A stretch of 64,000 bases of DNA, taken from Cycas panzhihuaensis. Lineage: Eukaryota > Plantae > Cycadophyta. The stretch spans positions 48,057,741-48,121,740 of the forward strand of contig CM041465.1 of the NCBI GenBank assembly GCA_023213395.1, in the 5' to 3' direction. Below, piece after piece: positions 1 to 13,773 of the stretch. Position 1 is the first letter of the stretch. Each line of letters opens with the position of its first letter. A program made the position numbers and the translations under genes. The notes under the pieces were generated by a model. The model was not told the origin of the DNA and searched no databases. It saw nothing but the letters and a program-made list of their open reading frames with translations.

Positions 1-1826
1 TCAAGAAAACTCTCTCTGCTTCTGCTTTCTGCTTTTCTTCGCTGCCGGACCTGCACTCTTCATACTGGCCTTGACTCTCCTTGGCTCGGTTGAGACATTC
101 TCTCAACCCCTCAAGCGCCTGAGAGGGCTCCTTGAAGCAGTTTCAGTAGGCCTCTATCCAGCAATCCATGAGCCCTACGTTTGCAGTGTTCTCCATCATA
201 CTGTAGCGGGGCCTCAAACCCGCTGCTCAGATCCGGCATTTTTCCAGCCCTCCTTCATTGTCCTTTGGCTGAGGCAAGCCCCTTGCCTCTTCCTCCCAGG
301 TACTCTTTACTTTTTTGTTAAGTTCTTTGCAATATTCTTGCTCCAGCTCATTTGTTCATGTTTGTTGCTTGAAGTTTGATCCTCTTTCCTTTGTGAGGAC
401 TGTTGTTCCACTTTCTCTTGTCTCTTGCCTGCATTTGCTGTCCAAAGCAGCGGCGTGAGGGGTTGCATAGGCTTTGGGAGAGGGGCGGGGTGGCTTCCGT
501 ACCGCCTTCCACGCCGCCCCAGCGGCTCCAAGCCCTCCAAAGCTTCCTCTCGCCTCATGTTGCTCTTGGCCATCTAAACAAGGGTTTAGAGACTCAGGTC
601 GCTTAAACCAGTACATCACGAGTTGCAGTGATTTGGGACCCTTGCTCAGTTTGGGAATCATTCGTAGTTCTCAACTACCATTCGTGGCTTTGCCTTTGCT
701 CCCTTGCGGTTTGCTCCCCGTAGCATCCCGGTTCCCCGTGGGTGTCTTTGGGTCTTTCTTGCTCCTTTTTGCTACTATTTTCTAGCCTTGAGTCTTGACT
801 TTCTCCTCGCTGCCCCGTGGCTCTTGGGGAGAGGTTTGGGCACCATTTGCGGCACATAAGCCACTCCGAGTCCTACCTTGTCGTCCCACTTTATTTAGAG
901 TATTTTTCCCTTGATTTCCTCCTCGTTGGACTAACATTGATGCATGCCTATTTGGATTCGACTTATGTTGATATATATATATTGTTAGACCTTGTCGTTG
1001 CATGTTAGTACCCTCCTTCTGGAGGAGGAAGATCTTTGTCGCTGCAGGTATTTGAGACGCACGGAGAACGTTACCCGCTGATTTCTCTATCGGTGAGCGC
1101 CTCTTGCATGTGTTACAACTTACGTTATCTCATTTCCTAGTTAGCGTTTCCTTCTTTCTTTCGGTGTGCACTTATTTTCCGGGAAGGTAAGGAAGCCCTG
1201 CTCGCCACGCCTCACATCCCAGACGTTGCGTGGAGCGGTTGGGTACTCCTCGCGGGCTACATCACCTCGCACGCCCTTGGCCCAGGTACACATTTCCTCC
1301 TCTTGCGTACTCTTGTTCTTTTCCTTTTTTCTTCCTTAGTAATTAAGACATTGAAGATTAAAAGGAAAATTACCTTGTGTTTATTTGTTACGTATTTACT
1401 TCATTTGCATGCACCTTATCGTCCGTAGGGAAAGGTTGTAGGAGCCTTCTTGATCCCTACTTTTCCTTCCTCCCTTAACCTTGACGAGCATCTCGCCTCC
1501 CGCGTCGTCGTGTCCCCTGTTAGGTTGTGTAGGGTTGCTTTTGGCCTATCCCTCCTAGGTCCCTTCTCTCTCCTTCCGCCACCCAAGGGTGGAGGGTCCT
1601 GCCGGGCCAACTCGGGTCATCTTACGTACCTTCGCCTCTTTCTCCAAGTCGGTGGAGGGTCACCCAAGAGTAGCCATACTCCATTGCGGATCCCGAACTC
1701 GCCCCACGGGCGCAGGCGCTCTGCGTGGTAGTTGCTTGCCTTGTAGGTTCCACTTCCTACCGTTTCGTCACCATCTCTCCCGCGCTATCGATCAAAGGTT
1801 ATCCCGTAGCAGCGCGTCCACTACTA
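1..1826 (+). mobile_element. Partial long LTR (5' part outside the window) of a young, CpG-rich Tat/Ogre-like element, related to the LTRs at 10662-13754 and 27865-31016
   Basis: Shares GGGAAGGTAAGGAAGCCC (1181-1198) with 12654-12671 and 29915-29932, plus similar downstream motifs. There is an abrupt switch from CpG-rich to AT-rich decayed sequence at ~1826 (...GCGCGTCCACTACTA). No credible protein. Right boundary approximate. Confidence 0.6.
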
Positions 1827-1871
1827 ACCATTGATGCTTATTATTTGTAGCATGGTGTTTCTAATGATATC

Positions 1872-2230
1872 TAGACAATACACTTTAATAGGTCCAAGTC
1901 AAAGACTGGAGTTAATATAGGTATTATATTTAAATATCTACAGTGTAGGTCTCTTTTATTTTCTTTTAATTTTTTATTTCAATATACTAATAATAATATT
2001 GAGTATGAAGCTTCGATTTAGGGCTTGAAGGCAAAGATCCTCAAGATCTTTGGGGATTCTATACTGATTATTAACCAGATCAAAGCTTTATGCTTAATCA
2101 ATTATAAGAGATTAGGAAACAATAGGGAGAAAGTGCTTAAGATGATCAAGGATTTTAAAGCCTTCTCAATCTCTCATGTCTTTAGAGAAGATAATTGACT
2201 TATTGATTCATTGGTAATTATTGTTTCTAT
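1872..2230 (+). pseudogene. Archaeal-type RNase H (aRH) domain of element A, upstream of RT
   Basis: Manual translation gives *TIHFNRSKSKTGVNIGIIF...TNNNIEYEA...IFGDSILIINQIK...HVFREDN*LIDSL. This is a decayed FDG / TNNxAEYEA / GDS / HVxRxxNxxAD RNase HI signature. Confidence 0.85.
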
Positions 2231-2639
2231 TATGAAAAGTGAACTAATTGACCTTAAGAATAAGATAATTGAGATTATTTCTAGACCTTCTATCCCCAAC
2301 AATGTTGATCAGTGGCAGGTCTTTAAAGATAATAATAAAATTAATCTTCTTTTTTGTGAAGTGGAGACAAGTTCATGGGCCAACATGTTGAGGGATCTAG
2401 TCCTTCTTTAGATGAAGTATACATGTCGAATGATATAGATAAGGAAGGTGTTGTTAAACTAAAGTTAAATAAAATTCTAAAAGGAATGATAACTTTGGAA
2501 CAAATATTTAATATGAACAATTCTCCAAAGATAAAATTGACAAAATTTAAGGTCTCAAAAGGGTTATTGGGGAAAAGTATATTAATTAACTTAGGCACTC
2601 ATGAATGAGTGTCTAATGTGATTTATATCAATTAAGCAT

Positions 2640-3068
2640 GTACTAAATAGATATAAGACAAATTCATTAATATTTACAAAAAAGTATGAAGATATTTTTG
2701 CTTAGAAATACCAAGATTTGAAGGTTTTAATCCTATAAGTGATCCAACATACCATTCTACTAAATCTTGATATTAAACCTTCTTGTTAGAATAATATGCT
2801 TAGAATCCAAGGCTTAGAGATTTGATTTGGGCTAAGCTCTAAAAGTTGTTAGATGATGACGCATATTTTTCAATTAAGTTCTTATAATGGGTGGTTAATC
2901 TAGTCCCAACTAGGAAGAAGAATGAAGACCTCTACTTGTGTGTTAATTTTAGGAACTTCAATAAATAATCTTTCAAAGACAATTATCCCTTACCTTGTAT
3001 AGAGAAAATTTTATAAGTTATAAATAGATAAAAAATGATATCTTTATTGGGTGGTTTCTTGGGATACA
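2640..3068 (+). pseudogene. Reverse transcriptase N-terminal half of element A
   Basis: KYEDIFA..IQHTILL..WVVNLVPTRKKNEDLYLCVNFRNFNK..KDNYPLPCIEKIL..SLLGGFLGY, with many stops and frameshifts. Confidence 0.85.
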
Positions 3069-3402
3069 TGAAGAATTTGAAAGTATGGAGATATAATGGA
3101 GTAATAAGCAAATAATCAATCCATTATCTTGTATGAGCATAAATCAAAGATTACACTCAAGCCATATTTTAGAGTGTGTACATATTTCCAAATGGAGGTG
3201 ATGTCTAAGGACACTAGGGTTTGTCACCCTAGTAAATATATAAGTTTGAGGTAAGAGGGAAACCTCCTCAACCTCTAAACTTTAAAATATATTAAAATAA
3301 TGCTTAACTAAAGTAACACTTAACCTTACCTTACTTACCTTCACATGTGTGCACTCACATGTGTAAATAGTAGGAGTGGGGTGATAAACATTAATCCTTA
3401 CA
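3069..3402 (-). repeat. 3' LTR of element B
   Basis: TG...CA; direct repeat of 7285-7617; adjacent PPT (AAGGTGGAGAA on minus). Confidence 0.9.
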
Positions 3403-6400
3403 TTCTCCACCTTAATGTTCATCACAAACATCTTCATTTTTCCTTAAACTTGTGGTACATGTATTTGAGATAGACTTTGAGTAAGTAATTAAACATATGT
3501 CATTTCACTTTGTATTCATCTTCATACATCTTTGCCCTTGTATGGTGGTTTCCTTCTATATGATATGGTTCAAATGATCTCCAAGTAAATGTGACTTGCT
3601 TCAAATAGAGAAGAGTGACTACATCATGTACTTTATCTCCTGGAATCTTTGTTACAATATCATCATATGCATCAATGTGATCGTTCTTTTGATTTAAGTT
3701 TTCTACATTAGTCTCTTCAACATAAAATTCTTGTTTTGACATCTGTCTCACATGTACAAAATCATCATAGTTAAATTCATTTAAATTGAGAGTTTCTCCC
3801 CTATAAATAAATTCTAGTGTATCTTAAATAGATTTGGATGTAGTTAATTCATTAACATTAATGAATACATCATTGTTTATTGTACTAAATATTAAAGCTA
3901 TGATTTCATTATTCTTTCTTAAGTTTTCTTTAAAATTTTCTTCTTCCTCTAGGTAATCATATGCTACAAAATTTCAAATGTCCTTTACAATAAAAAGTGT
4001 TTTCAATAATCATTTCTATATATGAAAATTAGTTCTATCAAGTGTGGGAATTAACACATCATCCAAATAAAATATCATTTGTAATGCATTTAGTTTATGA
4101 GCTCGAAAAAGTAAATGAAGGTCTTTAATATATGAATAACATAAAGTGGACAATAAGTGCTTTTCAATAAATATAAATCCCTTAATCAAGGTAGGAAAGT
4201 AATACGATCAAATACATATCTTTTTGAGACAAAAGATTTCCTTTTGTATATAACTAAGTCAATTAATAAGTATTTTCTAAATAATCAAAAGAGTGCTAAA
4301 TGATATGCAACTTGGTTTTCAATTTGATATGATGTAGTGAAACAAGGGTCTAAATGCTCTTTTAATGCTCTAACCATGTAAATTTAAAATATAACTGCCT
4401 TTAATGATAAAATGATAGATATTCAATGATATTCTTTAACTAATCTTAAAATTTTCAAAGCTAAGGAGTAGTTAAAGCAAAAATGAACGACCTTTATCAA
4501 TGTAAAATAAAGTATGCTAGATTATGAAGATGATTAGCTATCCTTTTGAGAATAGTAGGTCCTTTTGAAAGTAGTAAAAAACTAAGAAATTGAAGTGAAA
4601 CCTCTACTTTAGATAATAGAAAAATCTAAAAATAACAAGTTTCCTCAAAGAAATATAAAAAATAAATAATTATGATACAAATGGTACCTGTTTGATAAGG
4701 TAGCTCTACATAGATTGAAGTACTAAAAATCTAGATTCTTGCTGTAAATAAGACTTGAAAAATACAAATAAAGAATAATAATAGCTTTAAGAATAAATTC
4801 TTAGTGATTAATAATGTAGATATAACCTTTTTGAGATAATGTAATACTTGAAAAGTTATAAGATAAGGCCTATAAGGCCTAAACAAGAAGCTAAGGATAA
4901 CTAGCTTTAAAGATCTATCAAATAATGTTAGAATTAAGTGAATCCTATTTCAAACTAAAGAATATTGAATAACATTTTTGATAGATTTGACCATTCAGAA
5001 AACCAATTCTTAAAACTTAAGATTTTAAAGAATAGGTGTAGAGATCCTTTTTAGAGCTTGAATAGGGGCCACAAGGCTAAAATACTATAAAAATAGATTA
5101 TAACTTTATGAAAATGTGTAAAACTACTCACTTATAAATTAAAGACCTTTTAATATGACTTATACTAAAAAACTTTGAACAAAATACTTCAAAAAATGCT
5201 GAATAATGAAGAACTAGGTTTAATTAAGTACCTTAAATTCACTAGTCTAAAATATCTATAAAATAGCTTCAAATCATTTAAAAAAATGTATCAACATAAA
5301 GAGGGATAAATCAACTTTCCAACAAATTAGAAAACAAATATTAGATAAGAAAGTTATAGTGAAAATAGTGAAGGGACCTCCTTATAATTAACAAAATGAA
5401 GGCTAAAAAAATAGGTGACTTTGAACTATTAAAACTTGATCAAAATAACTCCAAAACTAAAAAAAGACCAGTCCACAGTAAAGCTCGTGAAGTCACGATC
5501 ATGATGAAACTAGTTTCATTGAAAACCACTAATCCAATGAGGAGCTATAGTGAAAAATATGACAGTAACTTTATAAAATAGAATATAAATAAACTTGATA
5601 TTAAAAAGTAAATTTAAGCCCTTTGAAAAATGAACTGCAAGTCACATGCAAGTCAATAAAACTAGGGGCTAAACTCTAAAAGGGGCTACCCACTAAACAA
5701 ACACTACTAGATCCCAAATATTATGCAATATGATTTAATCAAATCAAACTTTAGAAAAATTAAAAAAATTATAATACAAGATGCTACCATGAGGAATACA
5801 ATGAACATAGGTGATTTAAGCAACTGCAACTCACTAAAACTAATTGAATGGGGATTTTAGGGTATTCTACAACCTCACAATTGAAGATCAACTCAAGAAA
5901 CTTTATCAAAGTATAATTTTTATATAATAAAAATGAAAAAAAAATGTCGATTACAAACATGCGACCGTAAAATGACATTGATGAGCAGAAGAAAGATTTG
6001 GTAAATGTAATCGATAAAAACACATGAAATTTGATTGAATGAGGTTGCAGATAGGTGTTGAGGGTCCACACTAGTGGATCAAATTCAAAAAGCTTTAAAA
6101 AATATAATTTTCATATAAAAAATATTGATTAAAATAGCACAATCGCCAGCGAGGACTACAGAGGTGAGATTGATCAATGAAATCTTACTATGATCAATCA
6201 AATAAGGGAACAGAGGATCTACTAAGGTAGATCAATAAAAAAATTTTAAAAATATAATTTTTATATATAAAAAATCAAAAAAATATATTAATAGAAGGAT
6301 GTGCTTGGAGGAGAAACTTTAGCATATTAGATCTCACTGTTCGATTAACGAAATCTAACAAAACTTTAAAGGGAGCTAGATCTACTTACCACCAAGGCAC

Positions 6401-7284
6401 CTTTTAAAGTTTATCATTAACAGATCACCATAGGTTGAAAACAAAGCTATCAAACCTAGGGAGGTCGTACAGAGTGTGCAGAGGCTAAATGGTCTAAAGA
6501 ATGCTCTTGGATTACTAAAAATTACTTTATCTGACCCTTAACAGGCTTACACCACTGTTACAAAAGAAACTAGGTAAAAAATGAAGCTAAAGTAAGCAAA
6601 TCAAAAGAGGGTCACTAGGGTTTTGTTACTAAAATGAGTAGCTTGACTTCTAGGAGGGAGATCTCTTCGTAGGAGCAACGAAAATTGAAACTGTTGAATC
6701 TGGTGCATAGTTAACTTATAGAGCTTTGAAATGATTAGTTACTTACTAGGGTTTCATTCACCATGGAGACTGCACTAGCCTATAGAAGTTTAAGTTATCT
6801 GTAAAGGCTTAAAGAAATAATGAAAAAATAATAAAAACTTATAAAATATCAAATGAAATCTCAGTATAATTTCTCAAAAGGACTATTGGGTTAAATACAC
6901 AGCTATTGCTACACAGATCTAAAGAAATATTGAGTAAATAGAGTATATATACCAAAAAATAGCCAAAAAATTTAATCAAACTATATAAAACTTATTAATA
7001 AAACTTCATAAAATGATGAAATATTGAATGTTTTGTTGATTATGGCTGTGATCCTACAACAGATCTATGAAAATATGGATTATTTTACACATATAAATTA
7101 GAAATAATCAAAATTTTAATGAAAATAATATAAAAACTGCTAATAAGCTTTATAAAAAATGAATAAAATTGATATATTACTCGCCATAAGTAGCTTTGAT
7201 AAATATTTGCTTTAAGAACTAATAGATCTTCTTACTCTCAAATGAAGGACTTCAACAGGTCAAAATCTAATCTTTGATACCAAA

Positions 7285-7617
7285 TGAAGGATTTAAAAGC
7301 ATGGAGATAGAGCAGAGAAATAAGCAAAAAATCAATCCATTATCTTATATGAGCATAAACCAAAGATTACATTCGAGCCATGTTTGAGAGTGTGTATATA
7401 TTTCTAAATGAAGGTGGTATTTAAAGACATCAGGGTTTGTCAACCTAGTAAATATATAGTTTGAGAGATAAGAGAAACCTTCTTAACCTCCAAAATTTAA
7501 AATATATTAAAATAATACTTAACTAAAGTAACACTTAACCTTACCTTACTTACTTTCACATGTGTGCACTCACATGTATAAATGGTGGGAGTGGGCTGAT
7601 GAATATTGACCCCAATA
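7285..7617 (-). repeat. 5' LTR of element B
   Basis: TG...TA (decayed CA); adjacent PBS TGGTATCAAAG on minus. Confidence 0.9.
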
Positions 7618-8140
7618 ATACAACGAAGGTTTGGTACCTGAGGAGGATCAACATAAGACCATGTTCACCACCTTCTAAGGAACTTTTGCTTACAAGAAAA
7701 TACTCTTTAGATCGATGAACACTAGGGCCATATTTCAAAGAGTAATGGATCAAGCCTTTAAGAATTTGATTAGGGTGATTATTTTCATCTATATGCATCA
7801 TATAACAATATATTAAAAGAGGCAAAGGGATTATTTCAAACATCTAGAGACTATTTTATAACGATGCAAGGTGTTTAGGATTTCACTCAATCCTAAGAAA
7901 TCTATTTTTAGAGTCACTCATGGAAAACTATTAGGCCATGTTATCTTGAGGTATGGGAACATTATAGATCCCAAAAGGGTCAAGGTGATCAAAGAGCTCC
8001 CTCTTCTATCTAACAAGAAGGTGTTACAATCTTTATTTGGTAAAATTAAAATTTTGAGAAGGTTCATTCCTAATTTTGCTAAAGTGACTCTTCGTATTAA
8101 CTAATTATTGAAGTTGAAAATAAATTTATAATGGACCAAA
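7618..8140 (+). pseudogene. Reverse transcriptase C-terminal half of element A
   Basis: YNEGLVPEEDQHKTMFTTF*GTFAY..AIFQRVMD, then ORF 7871-8104 ISLNPKKSIF..GKLLGHVI..LQSLFGKIKILRRFIPNFA. Confidence 0.9.
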
Positions 8141-8418
8141 AGAAAGTTTAGGGTCATAAATAGAACCATATTTAAACATATTAATATAGGATTTTCTAAT
8201 AGAGTAGTCTATCATTAAAAAATGGGAATTTATTAAGAACCTACACACTCCATTGATCAACACATAGTACAATGCAGATAAATATATAAGTAAGATTAGT
8301 AATAATTAATAAGTAAATTAATAATTACCTTAACACATGTCACAAGTCTATTTAGGAGTTTGTAACTCCTATGACTGACCTACTCTATTTGGTCTACATA
8401 TAACATATTAATCTAATA
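8141..8418 (-). repeat. 3' LTR of Copia C
   Basis: Direct repeat of 33556-33832. Confidence 0.85.
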
Positions 8419-8439
8419 ATCCCCATTAATGTTTATTTA

Positions 8440-10661
8440 ATTGGTATTAACAATGATATAAAATTTAAATTTATAAAACTTACCCTTGGGTAGAAGTTTG
8501 GTAAAAATATTAGTAACTTACTCTTCTGTTGATTTATATAGAAGTTTGAATTCTCTAATCTAGATTTTCTTCTTAATGAAGCGATGATATATCTTGATGT
8601 GTTTGGTGTGACCATGGAATACCAGATTATTGGCAATCTTTAAGGTACTTTGATTATCAAAGTGCATCATAGTTGCCTCCTCCTGATGTAATCCCATATC
8701 ACCAAGTATATGCCTTAACTAGACAACTTTATAAGTATCTATAACTATAGCTTTATACTCTTCCTCAATAGATGATAAAACAACATTAGGCTGTTTCTTA
8801 TTACTCTAAGAGATAATAATAGAACTCATACTAAAGCAATAACTGAAAGTGGACATTCTTCTATCCCCACATCTAAGCCAATTAGAATTTAAATATTCAA
8901 TTGGCCTAAAATTATTATTCTAGATAAACTCCAACCTAAAAAGTAGTAGAGTAGTTAAAGTTCTATAATTTTAAATGTCTTTTTTAGATCATTCTTCAAG
9001 ACTTCAACCTTTAAGGTGTTGATCTCTATGATCATAAGATTATTTACATGTAGAACTATAAGGATGACTAAATTTCCTTTAATCTTAACATATAGGTTTA
9101 TATTTGTTAGAAATCATTCAAATTAATTATCTAAAAAATATTAATTGATCTTAGAATACTAAGATCTTAGAGTTTGTTTGAGGCCTTATAAATCCTTCTT
9201 CAACTGATATACTAAATGCTCTTTGCCATTGGTAGTATATCTAAGTGGCTACTCTATATAAACCTCCTTTACAAGATCTCCATTAAGGAAGGTACTCTTG
9301 ATTTCAAATTCATGTAACTACTATTTAAACTGAGTATCTATTGCTAACATTAGTCTAATCATTACCATATTTACTCTTGGTAATTAATACCTTCCATTTG
9401 CTTGAATTCTTTAGCTACCAATCTAGCCTTATATTTATTAATTATGCTATTTGATCTAAATTTGGTCCTATAGACGTATCTATAACCAATTACCTACTTA
9501 TATACTAGCAAATCAACAAGTTTTGGGTTTTATTATGCTCAATGACAAAAATTTTAGCATCCATAGATGTCCTCCTCTTCTATTGCTAGTTGGACTCTTC
9601 AAAATTTGAAGACTTATTAACATCCAATACATCTACCATTAAAGCAAAATTAATCATATTAGGTCTCATCCTCAACTTTCGTGTGCCTTCTATCTTGGGT
9701 AACTAAGCTTTAGCTATGGTTTTCAAATACCACTTGATAATGTTTTTCAACATGTGGAGTGATCTTAGGTTATATCTCTAATACTATCTCCCAAGCATCT
9801 TTGAACTCCTCCTCCTCAATTTCCCCCTTTTTAAGCTAAGTCTTAGGCTCGATAAAATATTATCTTGAAGAACTAGAGTTAAGATATTCTTGGATCTATT
9901 TACCCTTGTCTTACCATATCTTTGAAGTGTTTAGGTCCTAAGTTTGATCTAAAACTTATTTCTCTAACCCTTCAAAGATAATATCTCAAGTTGTATGTAC
10001 CATTTTAGATGTCAATTTATATACATAATACACTTTACTCTTTTCATCATGACTCATAAGGATGTACTTAGAACTCTTAATATCAAACTTGTGGTATTTC
10101 TCTTTGGGAAGATGTATATATATGGTACTTATAAAGATTCTTAGATGGCTAACTATAGGTTTACATCCTAACCATGCTTCTTTAGGTGTATTGTTCCTTA
10201 CAACTGTAGTCATACTCCTATTTATTAGGTACATTATTGTACAAACTACTTTTTTCCAAAAGATGTTTAAGAGGTTATTAGCCTTCATCATTAACTTTGC
10301 TTTATTAACCAACATTGTATTCATTCTATAAGCCACTCTATTTTACTAAGGAGTGTATGCAATCATCAACTACTTCTTTATGCTACGATCTTTACAAAAT
10401 TGGATAAATATTTTGGAGGTTTACTCTTCCCTATTATTTAATTTTAGTATCATTATCCTTTATCCACTTTTATTCTCCACATTTATTTTGAACTCTTTAA
10501 ACATGTTGAATGCCTAAGACTTATACTTTAAAGGATAAACCTAAACCTTTCTAAAATTATTATCAGTGAAGGTCAAGAAATACCTTACACCTCTAAGTGA
10601 AGTGATTAGCATAGGACCACATATATCGAAGTGGATTAGGCTCAAATTTTTAATTACCCTA
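8440..10661 (-). pseudogene. Copia C integrase-RT-RNase H (decayed)
   Basis: LSLIHFDICGPM..RYFLTFTDN (INT core); TPKEAWLGCKPIVSHLRIF (ORF 9986-10336); KARLVAK, LKKDL*GLKQ and HTKHIKIYHRFIK-type motifs. Confidence 0.9.
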
Positions 10662-13600
10662 TGTTTTCTAGCTATCAAGAATGGACATGGGCGAGTCAAC
10701 TTAAGTAAGTTCAGGTATACTTCTATCCCTAGCCTTGTTAGCTTTAGAAAAGGTGGATTGAGATACTTTACCTGTACTACATGATGATTGATTGACTGCA
10801 TGATCACTTTGTATTTATTTACTTGACCATACTACATCACTGCACCTTTTTAGCCTATGATGATCTAGGGATACATATCCCATGGCACTCCACAACCCTC
10901 CTCCATGTGTCCATGATGTCCCCAAGTACCATTTGGATTTTGTAGCTGGCATCACATCATCTGCTAGTGCGACATGACCCCTAACACCCCGCCTAGGCCT
11001 AGTCGTTGCCCCACGTCTACTTTTTGTCCTTTTGGAGAATCTTTTGCCATTATTGCTCACTTGTTATGGCCTCCCTAAGACCCATAAACCTCTTTGCCAC
11101 TTGAACATTGCACCATGCCTCCTTAAGGCCTAAGATTCACTCTTTTTAGAGATTTTAGGCCCCCTCCTTTTTCTGTTTTTTTTCCCCTTTGTTTCTTTCG
11201 CATTGTAGTAAACTTTGTGGTATCACTGCAAACTTTGTGGTACCACTAAGTTTACTGCAGGGCAACTATACATAACCATTTTTTTAAATTGTCACAGCTA
11301 AATTCACATTTATTATAAAATTATCTCATGGAAGTAACTTGTTTCTTGCCCAAGCCAAATCCTAATCACTCGATTAAGCTAGGGTTGGGTTTATAAACCC
11401 AAAAACCACCTCATTTCCATCTCTCTCATTTACCTTTCACCACTACCTTCTCCAAAAATGCCCTACAATAGGATCAAGTTCTGTTACACCTGAATCACAA
11501 CCAACTGCCAGCCTCCTATAGCTTAAGACACGTGGGTTATAGGTCTGCAATGTGGCCAGCTTAGGAAAGGTTATGCTTCAAACGCTTCACCAAGCTCTAG
11601 GCATCCCTCTTGCTTAAGTCTTTGTCTCTATTTGCTGCACCACTAGGGTCTTCTCCTGTAAATACCAAAGGGTCTTCTTCATCAACTAGTTTGATAGGTA
11701 GATCTGCCTATACTAGGTACCCTCAAGTTAGTCTTTTGATTTCCTTTCTTTGAGTAATATAGATACTTTTTACTAGTACCTTTTTACAGCAAGTTTCCTA
11801 CTTTCTTTCCATTACAATGGGAGGTAAACCCTCCCTTTTTTCTTGGCCTATCCTCTTCTTCTCTTGGTTCCTTTTTGGGTTCTTTCACCCAACGTGCCTT
11901 CTCCTCAAGGGCAACCCCCTTCTCTCCTCCCCTCTCTTTCTCCATACCTCCCTTGGGTTCCCAAAAGACTTTTAAAGAGTAGATCACCGCTGGCAGTAGC
12001 ATAGGCAACCTATTTCTATGTCTGTAACCAACACTATAGATCCTATATAGTTGGGGTTTCAGCCCCCCACTCCATGCCCCTCTTGTCTCTTAATTCTATC
12101 CTTACAAAAAAACTTGCAAAAGTCACACTTTGTAACTTTTACAACATTGGCAACATTCACAATGTCTCTTGCCATCTTTGCTTGTTTTTTGGAAACTTGT
12201 TTGCATTTGTTATTAGGATATCTCACTCACATTACCCTTTCATCTTGGTGCTTGGGGGAAGCATGGAGCATCTTAGATTTGGAGGGTTAGCCATTCCAAG
12301 GCTAACTGCTCTTTCTCTTTCTCTTCCCCCCGTTTCCCATATCATATATTAAATAACATACGAAACATAAGGGGCAACCTTAATCTTGAATGTATTTCTT
12401 TCAATAGAGATAACCGTATCTTATTAGTTTTCCTTTTGCATATTCGTCCCGCATGTGTTTGGCACCCCTTGGGAAATGGTGAACTTTGTTGGTATAAGTT
12501 TCGTTTATGTTTGGAGGAAAAGAAGACTTCGTCTTGGGTACATTTCTTTCCTACTCAATAGTTATTTTTCTTTGCTCTTAAAAATTATAAAGTAAAGTTG
12601 CATTGGTCTTTACGTTTCCTTTCTCCATATTTCCTTTTTCTTTTTGGTTTCAGGGGAAGGTAAGGAAGCCCCCTCTCATTGTTGGCACTCCTTTCGTTGT
12701 GCCATCTGCGGTAAGGAGAAGGGCAAGGATCACTGGTGCAGTGAGGGTAGTGCTACTTCATCCGTTACATTCTAGGTATATCTCTCTCTTCCTAGCCTTC
12801 TTTTCCTTACCCTCTTCCCCCCTTTTTGAATACCCCTTAGGCAAAAGGAAAGAGAAGGATCGGTACTATCATTTGTACTTTGCTTGTTTGCTCTATGTTC
12901 ACTCGTTTTAAGTGTATATAGTTGAAGATCTAGGCACTCACTTGCACACACCCTTATCATCTTGTTACATGTCACTAAATAACTTTATATCCCTTGCATG
13001 AGCTTTTTGCTATGTAATAATCTCCTTGATTCCCTTTTTGCATTTGAAAGGATAAAGAGAGTGAGGTCGCATATAGTAAGAGAGGGGAGAGATTAAATTA
13101 CTTTCTTTTTTAAAGTTGTTTCTCTTAAATACAAACACTTCATTTCCACTTTGTATCTCTCTACCATACAATGAAACTAAGACAAACATAGGAAAATCTC
13201 CATTATCAACTTGTCATACCTAGAACCCCCCTTAGGTTTAGTGCCTTGGGGGCAACCTCTTCTCAAGGTTATTTTCTCCTTCTTACCTTACTTCCCTAAG
13301 CTAGACCTCTTAGGTTTGGTCCTTAGGTCAACACTTTGTGTGCGAAGCCAACCATCCCCTTGTCTACTAGTGTTGCAAGCCATCTTAGGCTTATGCATGA
13401 ATCTTTCTCCTTTCTTGCTAAGGGTCATTCCTTTTGTTACTCCTTCATGCGATGAGCTATTCCCTCACCTCCTTCCTCTCTCCTTCGACCATCCAAAGAT
13501 GGGAGGACCCCTTTTAAGGTTACTCAGGAAATCAAGGAGATCCCTTATACACCCATCGATCCAAATTGAGGAGGAGTTACTCTAAAGGAATTTGTGTGCC

Positions 13601-13754
13601 ATTTGTAGGTCCTTGAACCTATATTCTGACATACAGATGCCCTTTGTGGGTGATCTCTTTCCCTTATTACTGTAGGTCCATAGACACCAAAACCGTTAGT
13701 CATCTTGGATTAATCTTGTTCAAGTCTAATGACTGCCCCAGAGGTGCGATTCCA
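10662..13754 (+). repeat. 5' LTR of element D (3093 bp)
   Basis: Colinear with 27865-31016 over its full length. Confidence 0.95.
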
Positions 13755-13755
13755 C

Positions 13756-13773
13756 TGGCGACCATACTGGGCA
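13756..13773 (+). promoter_or_regulatory. Primer-binding site TGGCGACCATACTGGGCA (resembles the tRNA-Arg-type PBS of Ogre/Tat)
   Basis: Begins with TGG one base after the LTR end. tRNA identity is inferred. Confidence 0.7.

Larger units (their letters stand above)
3069..7617 (-). mobile_element. Non-autonomous LTR element B (4.5 kb, LARD/large-TRIM-like; possibly Copia-derived)
   Basis: LTRs 3069-3402 and 7285-7617. Perfect TSD ATACA (3064-3068 / 7618-7622). tRNA-Met-type PBS on the minus strand at 7272-7282 and PPT at 3403-3413. No recognisable gag/RT/INT inside. Confidence 0.9.

Noticed and set aside
71-1834. Cluster of overlapping 60-100 aa ORFs
   Set aside because: No domain motifs; expected from GC-rich LTR sequence.
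10541-10807. 88-aa ORF as a single protein
   Set aside because: Chance fusion across the D LTR / Copia integrase junction at 10661/10662.
12630-12666. 6-nt micro-exon CAG|GGGAAG|GTAAG
   Set aside because: The acceptor AG is absent from the homologous sites at 1181 and 29915.
11784-13585. ORFs duplicated at 29043-30914 suggesting a gene pair
   Set aside because: They are the two LTRs of D; starts and stops differ between copies.
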